From NCBI GenBank assembly GCA_963836755.1, contig CAWIKF010000001.1, forward strand, positions 1 through 64,000: DNA of 64,000 bases, written 5' to 3'. The notes under the pieces were generated by a model that did no database searches, was not told the DNA's origin, and saw only the letters and a program-made list of their open reading frames with translations. Shown here piece by piece: positions 38,596 to 47,792 of the stretch. Source of the stretch: an uncultured Verrucomicrobiae bacterium (GTDB lineage Bacteria > Verrucomicrobiota > Verrucomicrobiia > Chthoniobacterales > Chthoniobacteraceae). The translations under genes were made by a program, and so were the position numbers. How positions within the stretch are numbered: the stretch's first letter is position 1; every line of letters starts with the position of its first letter.

Positions 38596-40994
38596 GTAAG
38601 GCCGATCTCCACATTCATTCGCGCTTCAGCGACCGCTCGGCGGAGTGGCTGCTGCGCCGTTTTGAATTTCCCGACAGCTACTCGGAGCCGCGCAAACTTT
38701 ACGCGGACCTGAAGGAGCGCGGCATGGATTTCGTCACGATCACCGACCACAACCGCATCGACGGCTGCCTCGAGATCGCCGAGCTGCCGGGCACGTTCAT
38801 CAGCGAGCAAATCACGACACTTTTTCCCGAGGATCGCTGCCCCGTGCATCTGCTCGTCTGGGGCTTGAGCGAGGCGCAGCACGTTGAGATGCAGGCGCTG
38901 CGCGAAAATATTTACGACCTGCAAAAATATCTCGCCGCCGCCGATCTCGCGCACGCGGTCGCGCATCCGCTTTACCGGCTCGAGGAAAAATTTTCGCGCA
39001 AGCATGTCGAAAAACTCGTGCTGCTTTTCCGCACTTTTGAAGGCGTGAATGGATTGCGCGACGCGCTGCTGAGCGACATCGCGCAGTTCGCTTTTGGAAA
39101 TTTGACGCGCGAAAAAATCGAGCAGCTCGCGGAGATTCATCGGCTCGAGCCGACGCACGCGGAACCGTGGCGAAAGACTTTCATCGGCGGCTCCGACGAC
39201 CATGGCGGGATTTATCCGGCGAGCGCGTGGACGGAGACGAAAAACTGCGCGAGCGCTGCGGAGTTTTTGGCGCGAATCAAGGCGGGGAGCTGTTCTGCGG
39301 GCGGCACGGCTGGAACGCCGCTGGCGCTTTCGCACGGGATTTACCAGACGCTTTACCGCTTCGCGTGCGAAAAGTTTTTGAAGTCGAGCGCGTCGAACTT
39401 TGGCCTCGTGGAAAAAGTTTTCTCGCGCTTCATGGAAGGGCGCGACCCGACAGAATTCAGCTTCACGGAAAAAATCGGTTTCCTCGCGCAGGGAATTGCG
39501 TCGGGGAAAATTTTCGAGCTGGCAAAGCCGGCGAACGTGTCGCTTTGGAAACAGCTCTCGAAGTATTTTTCGCAGACCGATGTGAAGAGCGCGCTGGCCG
39601 CGGAGACGAGCGGCGTGGCCGAGCCGGAGCGGCGCGCGTTCATCATCGCGAACACTTTTGCGAACCAGCTCGCGTTTCGGTTTTTCACGAAGTTCGTGAA
39701 GGAAATTTCGTCCGGGAATGTCATCGAAAGCATCCAGGACTTGAGCACGATCGCTCCGATTCTGGTGCTGCTCGCGCCTTACATTTACGCGTTTCAGAGC
39801 CAGTCGCCGTCGCGCAAATGGCTGCGAGAAATCTGCGACGACCTCGCCGGCTCGACGCCGCCGCAGTTGCAAAATAACAAGCGCGCGTGGTTCACCGACA
39901 CGCTCGAGGATGTCAACGGCGTGGCGAATACGATTCGCAAAATGACGGCGGCCGGCGTCGCGGCGGGGAAGGATCTGGTCGTCGTCACGTCGCGGTCTTC
40001 GATCCAGATCACGGACATTCCGATCAAGAATTTCCAGCCGGTCGGCGAGTTTGAGCTGCCGGAATACGAGCTGCAAAAGCTGAGCTTCCCGCCGATTTTG
40101 CCGATCATTGATTACATTCAGCGCGAAAAGTTCACCGAGGTCATCATCAGCACGCCGGGCCCGATCGGGCTCACGGCGCTGCTCGCGGCGAAGATGCTCG
40201 GCCTGCGCACGAGCGGGATTTACCACACCGATTTCCCGCAATACGTCCGCATCCTGACCGAGGACAGCTCGCTCGAGACGCTGACGTGGAATTACATGAA
40301 ATGGTTTTACGCGCAGCTCGACCTTTTCTACGTGAACTCCGCGCAGTATCGCGACTGCTGGATCGAGCGGGGAATTCCTGCGGAAAAAATCAAGATTTTG
40401 CCGCGCGGTCTCGACAATACTTTGTTCAACCCGGTGCGGCGTGACGAAAAAGTTCGGCGTGAATTCGGCGCGCGCAATGGCGAGGTCGTGCTGCTCTACG
40501 TCGGGCGCGTTTCAAAGGAAAAAGATCTCGCCGTGCTCGCCGCCGCCTACCACAAACTGCGCGAGCGGCAGGCGCATGTCCGGCTCGTGCTCGTCGGCGA
40601 CGGGCCGTATTTGAAAGAGCTGCGTGAAAGTTTGCCGGACGCGGTTTTCACCGGCTACCTGACCGGGCTCGATCTCGCGAAAGCCTTCGCGTCGGCGGAC
40701 GTTTTTGTTTTCCCGAGCACGACCGACACGTTCGGCAACGTGGTGCTCGAGGCGCTGGCGTCGGGCTTGCCGACGGTGGTTTCGGATCAAGGCGGGCCGC
40801 GCGAATTGATTCAGCACGGAGTGAATGGATTCATCACGCGGAGCCTCGATGTGAATGATTTCACGAGCGCGACGGAGCGGCTGATTGACGACGCGGCGCT
40901 GCGGGAAAAAATGCGCGTCAATGCGCGCCGCACGGTGCAGGAGCGCGATTGGTCGGCGGCGTTTGCGCAGTTCTGGCCGATGTCGGCGGAGTGA
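38592..40994 (+). CDS. PHP-domain plus GT4 glycosyltransferase fusion
   Basis: ADLHIHSRFS, TITDHN, GGSDDHGG; C-terminal YHTDFP, YVGRVSKEK, DTFGNVVLEALASGLP. Confidence 0.9.
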   Translation: MSKADLHIHSRFSDRSAEWLLRRFEFPDSYSEPRKLYADLKERGMDFVTITDHNRIDGCLEIAELPGTFISEQITTLFPEDRCPVHLLVWGLSEAQHVEMQALRENIYDLQKYLAAADLAHAVAHPLYRLEEKFSRKHVEKLVLLFRTFEGVNGLRDALLSDIAQFAFGNLTREKIEQLAEIHRLEPTHAEPWRKTFIGGSDDHGGIYPASAWTETKNCASAAEFLARIKAGSCSAGGTAGTPLALSHGIYQTLYRFACEKFLKSSASNFGLVEKVFSRFMEGRDPTEFSFTEKIGFLAQGIASGKIFELAKPANVSLWKQLSKYFSQTDVKSALAAETSGVAEPERRAFIIANTFANQLAFRFFTKFVKEISSGNVIESIQDLSTIAPILVLLAPYIYAFQSQSPSRKWLREICDDLAGSTPPQLQNNKRAWFTDTLEDVNGVANTIRKMTAAGVAAGKDLVVVTSRSSIQITDIPIKNFQPVGEFELPEYELQKLSFPPILPIIDYIQREKFTEVIISTPGPIGLTALLAAKMLGLRTSGIYHTDFPQYVRILTEDSSLETLTWNYMKWFYAQLDLFYVNSAQYRDCWIERGIPAEKIKILPRGLDNTLFNPVRRDEKVRREFGARNGEVVLLYVGRVSKEKDLAVLAAAYHKLRERQAHVRLVLVGDGPYLKELRESLPDAVFTGYLTGLDLAKAFASADVFVFPSTTDTFGNVVLEALASGLPTVVSDQGGPRELIQHGVNGFITRSLDVNDFTSATERLIDDAALREKMRVNARRTVQERDWSAAFAQFWPMSAE

Positions 40995-41054
40995 TTGGGA
41001 GAGGTTTCCAGAGTAAAGTGTCGGCAACTGCGACAGTTTTTGCCTTTTTTCGCC

Positions 41055-41285
41055 CTCAGGAAGCCATTTCCTGAGGTCAGAAAGCCGCTTCGTAAGCCCA
41101 GAAAGTCATTTCCTGAGGACAAAAAGTCGTTGCCTGAGCTCGTGGAACGGCTTCATGAGCCTACGAAATGGTTTCGTAAGCTCAGGAAACCGTTTCCTGT
41201 GGCCATAAAGCCGTTTCGTAAGCCCGAAAACCAGCTGTTTGAGGTCAGGAAACGACTTTATGAGCTCAGGCAATGGCTTTCTGAG
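41055..41285. repeat. Degenerate 21-bp tandem array, 11 units, consensus near CTCAGGAAACCGTTTCCTGAG (self-complementary)
   Basis: Units ctcaggaagccatttcctgag, gtcagaaagccgcttcgtaag, ... ctcaggcaatggctttctgag in exact 21-bp register; between convergent genes. Confidence 0.88.
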
Positions 41286-41354
41286 CCGATCAAGCGGCAC
41301 CCTTTTTTAACAAAAAGCCGCTTTTCAACGACCGGAATGGCGCGAGGAACGGGG

Positions 41355-43295
41355 CTATTCGATCTCGAGGCGGATGTAGTCGTAGAGGACGCCTTGTGTC
41401 CAATCGCGGGCGTGGGTCGTGAGGGCGATGACATTTTTACCGGGGACTAGGAGAGATGTGTCGAAGGTCAGGTCGCGCAGGATCTCCGTGGCGCGGATGC
41501 CGTCGCGGTGCATGACGCCGTTTGACGGCAGCGGGCCGGTGGTGCCGGCGGGTTTGCCGTTGACGGTGAGGTCGATCTGGCTGTCGCGCGTGCCGCAGAG
41601 GGCGAGGCGCAGGGTGGCTTTGCCCTTCGGGACTTGCGGCATGTCAAAGGTGATGCGCCAGGTGGTGCCGGTCCATTTGCCATTGGCGTCCTGGACGGGC
41701 GGCTGGGCGTAATCCCAGTCGCGGTGGTAATCGCTTTTGCCGATGATGAAGTTGACGCCATTCGGGAATTCCTGCGGGTAAAGGTTGTAGAGGCCCCACT
41801 GCCAGTAATGGTCGCCGTGGCGGAATTCCTCGGCGCTGCGGTTCGGGATGCCGATGTCCCAGATCTGGCGGCCGTCGCGGACGGGGGTCCATGTGAGCTG
41901 GCCGAGGTCGTTGGTTTTGCCGGCCTCGACCGTGACGTCGGCTTTGCTGAAGTCGCCGAGGATGCCGTCGTTAAATGCGTAAAGGGTGTAGGTGCCGGGG
42001 CGGGCATTCGGGATGGTGAAGGCGCCGTTTTGATCGGCGTGCGTCCAGTATTGGTAATATTTCCCGTCGGTGTCCCATCCGACCTGAAAAGGTTTGTTGC
42101 CTTGGTCGATGGCGGTGTAAGGCGGGTGCGCGAGGCCGACCCACGCGTGGGCGGCGGTGGCGCTGGGCTGCTGCGGGTCCTGCACGGTGATGCGGCCGCT
42201 GACTGCACCGCGGTCGGCGGCGTTGGCGTAGCCGGGGGCTTTTGCCCATGCGTAAGGCCATTCCTTTTTCTCGATGGCAGCGCGGTCGAGCGCTCCTTTC
42301 CACATCGCATCGGGCGTTGCGGCGCTGTCGCAGTAGAAGAGGAATGGGCCGATGATTTTGTTCCAGGATTCATCCTGCGCGAGCGCGAGGGCGGTGCCGC
42401 CGTAATGGAAGCTGTGCCAGATGAAGAGGAGGGTCGGGTTGGCGTCGGCGTTGTCTTTCAGGTCGATGTGGCCACCGTAATCGACACGGGTGGGGCCGTT
42501 GTTCATATATTCGATGCTGGGGTTGACGATCCAGAGGCCGACGTCTTTCGTGCTGCTGCTCCAGCCCCATGCGGGGGTCTCGGCGAAGAGCATGTTGTAG
42601 TCATACTTGTGCTCGACCTCGCCTTTGTGGATGCCGGTGGTCATGCGGCGGGCTTCCTTCAGGTTGAGCGGCTGGCCGTGCAGCCAATCGTAGCCGGTGA
42701 TCATCTGTTTGTTCCGGCGGCTGTCGATGGTGAGGTGGTCGAAAATCTTCGGGTTGAGTTTCAGGCAGACGGTGGAGGCTTCGATGTCGAAGGCGGGATA
42801 GCCGGGCTTGTGCGTGACGCTGGTCCAGCCGTAAACACCGGAGTCGCCGCGCTTCAACGTGTAGCGGATGGCGATGTCGAGCGGCTCACTGATGCCGGCT
42901 TTGTAGGGAAAAAGAAGTTCGAACTCGCCGATCGCGCCGCCGTTCTTCGCCGGGTCTTGCGTGATCGTGAGCACGGAAGGCATGCCTTTCACCTGCGTTC
43001 TCGGCGCGGTCCGCGCGTCATTGGCCGGCGTGCTGCCATAGACATTCCAATAGCCGGTGCCGCCGCCGAGGAGGTCGAGACCTTTGTAGGTGAGGCTGCG
43101 GATGTCGGCGTTGGAGCGCGCGACTTTGATCGAGACGACGCCGTTTTCCATGGTCACAAAGTCGTCGTCCTGCGTGATGGTGACGGATTTATCAACGTCG
43201 GGATTTGGCGACGTGGCGGGCGCGCTTCGCAAAGGCGACGACGCGAGCAAAAACGACGAGGCGAGCAGAGCGAGAGAACGGAGGGAGCGATTCAT
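41355..43295 (-). CDS. Rhamnogalacturonan lyase, polysaccharide lyase family 4
   Basis: Signal peptide; GEVEHKYD, YQYW..G.F.I.N.RPGTYTLYA, WDIGIPNRSAEEF, C-terminal YDYIRLE. Confidence 0.85.
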   Translation of the reverse strand: MNRSLRSLALLASSFLLASSPLRSAPATSPNPDVDKSVTITQDDDFVTMENGVVSIKVARSNADIRSLTYKGLDLLGGGTGYWNVYGSTPANDARTAPRTQVKGMPSVLTITQDPAKNGGAIGEFELLFPYKAGISEPLDIAIRYTLKRGDSGVYGWTSVTHKPGYPAFDIEASTVCLKLNPKIFDHLTIDSRRNKQMITGYDWLHGQPLNLKEARRMTTGIHKGEVEHKYDYNMLFAETPAWGWSSSTKDVGLWIVNPSIEYMNNGPTRVDYGGHIDLKDNADANPTLLFIWHSFHYGGTALALAQDESWNKIIGPFLFYCDSAATPDAMWKGALDRAAIEKKEWPYAWAKAPGYANAADRGAVSGRITVQDPQQPSATAAHAWVGLAHPPYTAIDQGNKPFQVGWDTDGKYYQYWTHADQNGAFTIPNARPGTYTLYAFNDGILGDFSKADVTVEAGKTNDLGQLTWTPVRDGRQIWDIGIPNRSAEEFRHGDHYWQWGLYNLYPQEFPNGVNFIIGKSDYHRDWDYAQPPVQDANGKWTGTTWRITFDMPQVPKGKATLRLALCGTRDSQIDLTVNGKPAGTTGPLPSNGVMHRDGIRATEILRDLTFDTSLLVPGKNVIALTTHARDWTQGVLYDYIRLEIE

Positions 43296-43470
43296 AAGCG
43301 GGGAGAAAATTCGTAATCGGCGGCGTCTATGAAGTCAAATTTTGACGCGCGCGGAACCGCTGCCGAAGTGTTGGACAACGGCGCCGCAAAGCTTTAAACA
43401 AGCCAAACTTTCCCTGCGGCTCACTCATCACCGGCCGAAGATTGCGCTGAGCGCCGCAGGAAAGATCCTC

Positions 43471-44757
43471 ATGCACCCCACCGATTCCGCCCTGCATCCC
43501 AGAACAAAATACCGCTGGCTCATCTGCTCGCTGCTTTTTTTCGCGACGACGATCAACTACATGGATCGGCAGATTCTTTCGCTGCTGAAGCCGATCCTCG
43601 ACTCGCAGCTCCACTGGACCAGCACCGAGTTTGGCTCGATCAACGCAGCGTTTCAGGCGGCTTACGGCGTAAGCCTTTTTTTCTTCGGCTGGTTCATCGA
43701 TAAATACGGCACCAAGCTCGGCTACGCCGTCTCGATCGCCGGTTGGAGTTTGGCGGCAATGGCGCATGCGGCTGTCGCATCGATCGGCGGGTTCTTCGTG
43801 GCGCGGCTCGCGCTCGGGCTTTGCGAAGGCGGAAATTTTCCCGCAGCGATCAAGGCGACCGCGCAATGGTTTCCGAAAAAAGAGCGCGCCTTCGCCACCA
43901 GCCTGCTCAATTCCGGCGCGAACGTCGGCGCGATCATCGCCCCGGCCATCGTGCCGCCGATTGCTTATGCGCTGGGATGGCAATGGGCTTTCATCGTGAC
44001 CGGTCTCGCCGGATTCCTCTGGATCGCTTTCTGGTGGAAACTTTTCGCGTATCCCGAAAATTCACAGCGCGTTTCTGCGGGCGAGCTTGCCTGGATCGAA
44101 TCCGACGCGCCCGACCCGAGCGATGGCGGCGGCGCGGTCTCGTGGGCATCGGTCTTGAAACATCGCGAGGCGTGGTCGTTCGTCGTCGCAAAATTTCTCA
44201 CCGATCCGATCTGGTGGTTTTTCCTGATCTGGCTGCCCGACTTTTTTAAGAAAACGCGCGGCATGGATATCAAGCAAAGCTGGACGCTGCTCGTCTCGAT
44301 CTACTCGATCATCACCGTGCTGAGCATCCTCGGCGGCTGGGCCACCGGCTATCTCACGACGCGCGGCTGGAGCATCACGCGCGCGCGAAAAACCGGCCTC
44401 TTCGTCTGTGCTCTTTGCGTGGTGCCGATTGCGTTTGCCACTCAAGTCGGCGACTGGACGGCGGTGCTGCTGATCGGTCTCGCCGGCGCCGCGCACCAGG
44501 CATGGTCGGCGAATTTATTCACGACCGTTTCCGACATGTTTCCGAAGCGCGCCGTCGCGCGGCTGACCGGTGTCGGGAGCACCGCGGGCTCGTTCGGCGG
44601 AATACTTTTTCCGATTTTCACCGGCCTGATGCTCGACCATTTTCGCAACGGCTACACCATCGTTTTCTGCTGTTGTCCGGTCGCTTATTTTCTCGCGTTC
44701 GCCATCAATCACGCGCTCGCGCCGCGCTTCGAGCCGGTCAAATTTCCCGTGAAATAG
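43471..44757 (+). CDS. exuT: MFS hexuronate transporter
   Basis: TTINYMDRQ, EGGNFPAAIK, WFPKKERAFA, TDPIWWF, AHQAWSAN; directly upstream of uxaC. Confidence 0.88.
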   Translation: MHPTDSALHPRTKYRWLICSLLFFATTINYMDRQILSLLKPILDSQLHWTSTEFGSINAAFQAAYGVSLFFFGWFIDKYGTKLGYAVSIAGWSLAAMAHAAVASIGGFFVARLALGLCEGGNFPAAIKATAQWFPKKERAFATSLLNSGANVGAIIAPAIVPPIAYALGWQWAFIVTGLAGFLWIAFWWKLFAYPENSQRVSAGELAWIESDAPDPSDGGGAVSWASVLKHREAWSFVVAKFLTDPIWWFFLIWLPDFFKKTRGMDIKQSWTLLVSIYSIITVLSILGGWATGYLTTRGWSITRARKTGLFVCALCVVPIAFATQVGDWTAVLLIGLAGAAHQAWSANLFTTVSDMFPKRAVARLTGVGSTAGSFGGILFPIFTGLMLDHFRNGYTIVFCCCPVAYFLAFAINHALAPRFEPVKFPVK

Positions 44758-44763
44758 TTTCGC

Positions 44764-46203
44764 ATGAAAACCTTCATCACCGACGATTTTCTTCTCCACT
44801 CCGACGTCGCGCGCGAGCTTTACCACGACCACGCGAAGCTGCAGCCGATTTACGATTTTCACTCGCATCTGCCGCCGCGACAGATCGCCGAAAATCACAC
44901 CTTCGCCGACCTCACGGAAATCTGGCTCGCGGGCGATCATTATAAATGGCGCGCGATGCGCTGGAATGGCGTGCCGGAAAAGTTCTGCACCGGCGACGCG
45001 ACGCCGTGGGAAAAGTTTCTCGCCTTCGCGCGCACCGTCCCGCACACGGTGCGCAATCCGCTTTACCATTGGACGCACCTCGAGCTGGAGCGCTACTTCG
45101 GCATCCGCGAACTGCTCGACGAGACGACGGCAAAATCAATCTGGGAACGCGCGAACGAGCAGCTCAAAAACATGCCAGTGCAAGAAATTTTGCGCCGCTT
45201 CAATGTCGTCGTTTCCTGCACCACCGACGATCCGGTGAGCGAGCTGGCGGAGCATCGGCGCATTCGCGACGAAGGAAAATTGAGCACGCGCGTTTATCCG
45301 ACTTTCCGTCCCGATGGCGCGCTGAATGTTTCGGACATGATCGCTTTCAACAGTTGGGTGGAAAAGCTCGCGAAAGTCAGCGGAATCGCGTGCAAAAACT
45401 TTGACGAATTTCTCGCAGCGTTGCGGCAGCGGCACGATTTTTTTCATGAAATGGGCGGCCGACTTTCGGACCACGGATTGAATGCGCTTTCCGACGGCGG
45501 CCTCGGCGCATGCGACTGGGAAGGAACGAAAGACGAAGCCGCGAAAACTTTTTCCGATTTGCGCGCGGGCAAAAGACCGCCGCACGCCGGGCTCGAGGAA
45601 AATTTTCGCGCATACATGATGCTTTTCTTTGGCTGCCTCGATGCCGAGCGCGGCTGGACAAAGCAATTGCACCTCGGCGCAATCCGCAACAACAACACGA
45701 AGATCATGGCAGCGGTCGGAGCGGATGCCGGTGCCGACTCGATCGGCGACTTCTGCCAAGCCGAGGGACTTTCGCGCTATCTCAACATGCTTTCGAGGGC
45801 TGACAAACTTCCGAAAATGGTGCTCTACAACCTGAATCCGGCGGACAATTACATCTTCGCGGCAATGGCCGGAAATTTTCAGGACGGCAGCATTCCCGGC
45901 AAAATCCAATTCGGCAGCGGCTGGTGGTTTCTCGATCAAAAAGAGGCGATGGAATGGCAGATCAATGCGCTCTCAAACATCGGCCTGCTCAGCCGCTTCG
46001 TCGGAATGCTCACCGACTCGCGCAGTTTTCTCTCGTTCCCGCGCCACGAGTATTTTCGGCGCGTGCTGTGCAATCTCATCGGCCGCGATGTCGTCAACGG
46101 CGAGCTGCCGCACGACATGAAACTGCTCGGCGGCATGGTTGAAAATATTTGCTTCAACAACGCCCGCGATTTTTTCGGGTTAAAGTTGAACCAGCAAGCG
46201 TGA
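44764..46203 (+). CDS. uxaC: Glucuronate isomerase
   Basis: DFHSHL, GDHYKWRAMR, NPLYHWTHLEL, GSGWWFLDQK, GMLTDSRSFLSFPRHEYFRR. Confidence 0.96.
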   Translation: MKTFITDDFLLHSDVARELYHDHAKLQPIYDFHSHLPPRQIAENHTFADLTEIWLAGDHYKWRAMRWNGVPEKFCTGDATPWEKFLAFARTVPHTVRNPLYHWTHLELERYFGIRELLDETTAKSIWERANEQLKNMPVQEILRRFNVVVSCTTDDPVSELAEHRRIRDEGKLSTRVYPTFRPDGALNVSDMIAFNSWVEKLAKVSGIACKNFDEFLAALRQRHDFFHEMGGRLSDHGLNALSDGGLGACDWEGTKDEAAKTFSDLRAGKRPPHAGLEENFRAYMMLFFGCLDAERGWTKQLHLGAIRNNNTKIMAAVGADAGADSIGDFCQAEGLSRYLNMLSRADKLPKMVLYNLNPADNYIFAAMAGNFQDGSIPGKIQFGSGWWFLDQKEAMEWQINALSNIGLLSRFVGMLTDSRSFLSFPRHEYFRRVLCNLIGRDVVNGELPHDMKLLGGMVENICFNNARDFFGLKLNQQA

Positions 46204-46239
46204 GCGAGGTCTTAAGCCGTCCGCGCCTGTTTTACTTCG

Positions 46240-47766
46240 ATGAAATTCCTTTTCCAATTCGTGGCAATCGTGTGCCTGCCGATCTTGTGCCGAAGCGCGC
46301 AATTTCAGCAAAATGACGCATTTCTGAAATCCAGCGGCGGCGAAATTCGGGATCGTGCCGGCGCGGGCGACATCGTCCATTTGCGCGGCGTCAATCTCGG
46401 CGGCTGGCTGGTGATGGAGGGATGGCAGACGCCGATGGACGCGGGGAATCTGAAGGACGATTGGTCGGTTCGCGAGACGCTCACGAAGCGCTTCGGCGAG
46501 AGCGTGAAGGACTCGCTCATGGTGAATTACGAGGAGACATGGATCACGGAGGTTGATCTCGACCACATCGCGGCGATGGGCTTCAACGTGATCCGGCTGC
46601 CGTTTTGGTATTTGAATTTGCAGGACGAAAAAGGCGCGTGGCGGCCGGACGCGTTTCAAAAGCTCGACTGGCTCGTGACGAATGCGTGGAAGCGGCACAT
46701 TTACACCATTCTCGATTTTCACGGCGTTCCCGGCGGCCAGAGCGATGGTGACAGCACCGGCCGCGTGCGCAAAAAAGACGAGACCGGCGTCGAGCCGACG
46801 TTTTGGAAAAACGAGGAAAATCTCCGGCGCACCGCGGATATCTGGACGAGCATCGCGCGGCATTTTGCGGGGAATCCCGCTGTGGCCGCTTACGATTTAA
46901 TCAACGAGCCGACGGGCGCGCCGAGCCGTGACGTTTTGTGGAAGGTCTATGATCGCCTTTATCACGCGATCCGCGCCGTGGACCCCGATCACATGATCGC
47001 GATCGAAGGCTGCTGGGGCGGCCAGGTAAATGGCAAATACATGGGCTGGGGGCTGAACGTGCTGCCGCCGCCGACACATTTCGGCTGGACGAACGTCCTC
47101 TACGAAATCCACGCTTACGAGTGGGCGTGGAATGACCTCGAGAAACAGCGGCGCAACTCCGAAGGCGTCGTCAGCGACATCGCGGCGCACGCGTCGTGGA
47201 AGGTCCCGGTGTTTCTCGGCGAGTTCAATTGCATGGGTCAGGCTTGGGATTACTCGATCGACCTTTACGAGAAAAACAACGTCTCGTGGGCGGTGTGGAC
47301 TTACAAAGCGACACACGGCACCGGCTCCGACAGCTGGGGCGTTTTTAATCCCAAGGATCCGATGCCGCCGAAGCCCGACATCGCGAAAGATTCTGCCGAG
47401 ACCATCCGCGCAAAATGGCGGCACTGGAGCACCAAAACGGAATTCGCGCAAAATCAAAAGCTCGCGCGCGTTCTGACGATGCCGGTGCCGACGGATGATC
47501 AATATGATGCGCATCGCGGTTTCCCGCTAAGCATCGCTGCGCCGGGTGTGCTGGCGAATGACCACAGCGCGAATCCCGACGCGGGAAAATTGACCGCGCG
47601 AAAAGATTCCGATCCAGCGCATGGCACGCTGACGCTGAAAGAGGACGGCTCGTTCACATATTTACCACGCGGAAATTTTCCCACTGTTGACTCCTTTCGC
47701 TATTCCGTTTCTGACGGCAAACACGAATCCGTTTCCGCTGGTGTTGTTTCCATCACGGTGCGCTGA
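46240..47766 (+). CDS. Glycoside hydrolase family 5 with C-terminal Ig-like (Big_9-like) domain
   Basis: LRGVNLGGWL, IRLP, LDFHG, LINEP (acid/base), GEF (nucleophile); GVLAND..HGTLTL..DGSFTY..DSFRY. Confidence 0.9.
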   Translation: MKFLFQFVAIVCLPILCRSAQFQQNDAFLKSSGGEIRDRAGAGDIVHLRGVNLGGWLVMEGWQTPMDAGNLKDDWSVRETLTKRFGESVKDSLMVNYEETWITEVDLDHIAAMGFNVIRLPFWYLNLQDEKGAWRPDAFQKLDWLVTNAWKRHIYTILDFHGVPGGQSDGDSTGRVRKKDETGVEPTFWKNEENLRRTADIWTSIARHFAGNPAVAAYDLINEPTGAPSRDVLWKVYDRLYHAIRAVDPDHMIAIEGCWGGQVNGKYMGWGLNVLPPPTHFGWTNVLYEIHAYEWAWNDLEKQRRNSEGVVSDIAAHASWKVPVFLGEFNCMGQAWDYSIDLYEKNNVSWAVWTYKATHGTGSDSWGVFNPKDPMPPKPDIAKDSAETIRAKWRHWSTKTEFAQNQKLARVLTMPVPTDDQYDAHRGFPLSIAAPGVLANDHSANPDAGKLTARKDSDPAHGTLTLKEDGSFTYLPRGNFPTVDSFRYSVSDGKHESVSAGVVSITVR

Positions 47767-47792
47767 ACGCACTTCCGTTAACGCATCTTTTC

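Noticed and set aside
41634..43316. 560-aa + strand ORF
   Set aside because: Antisense shadow of the PL4 gene caused by its biased codon usage.
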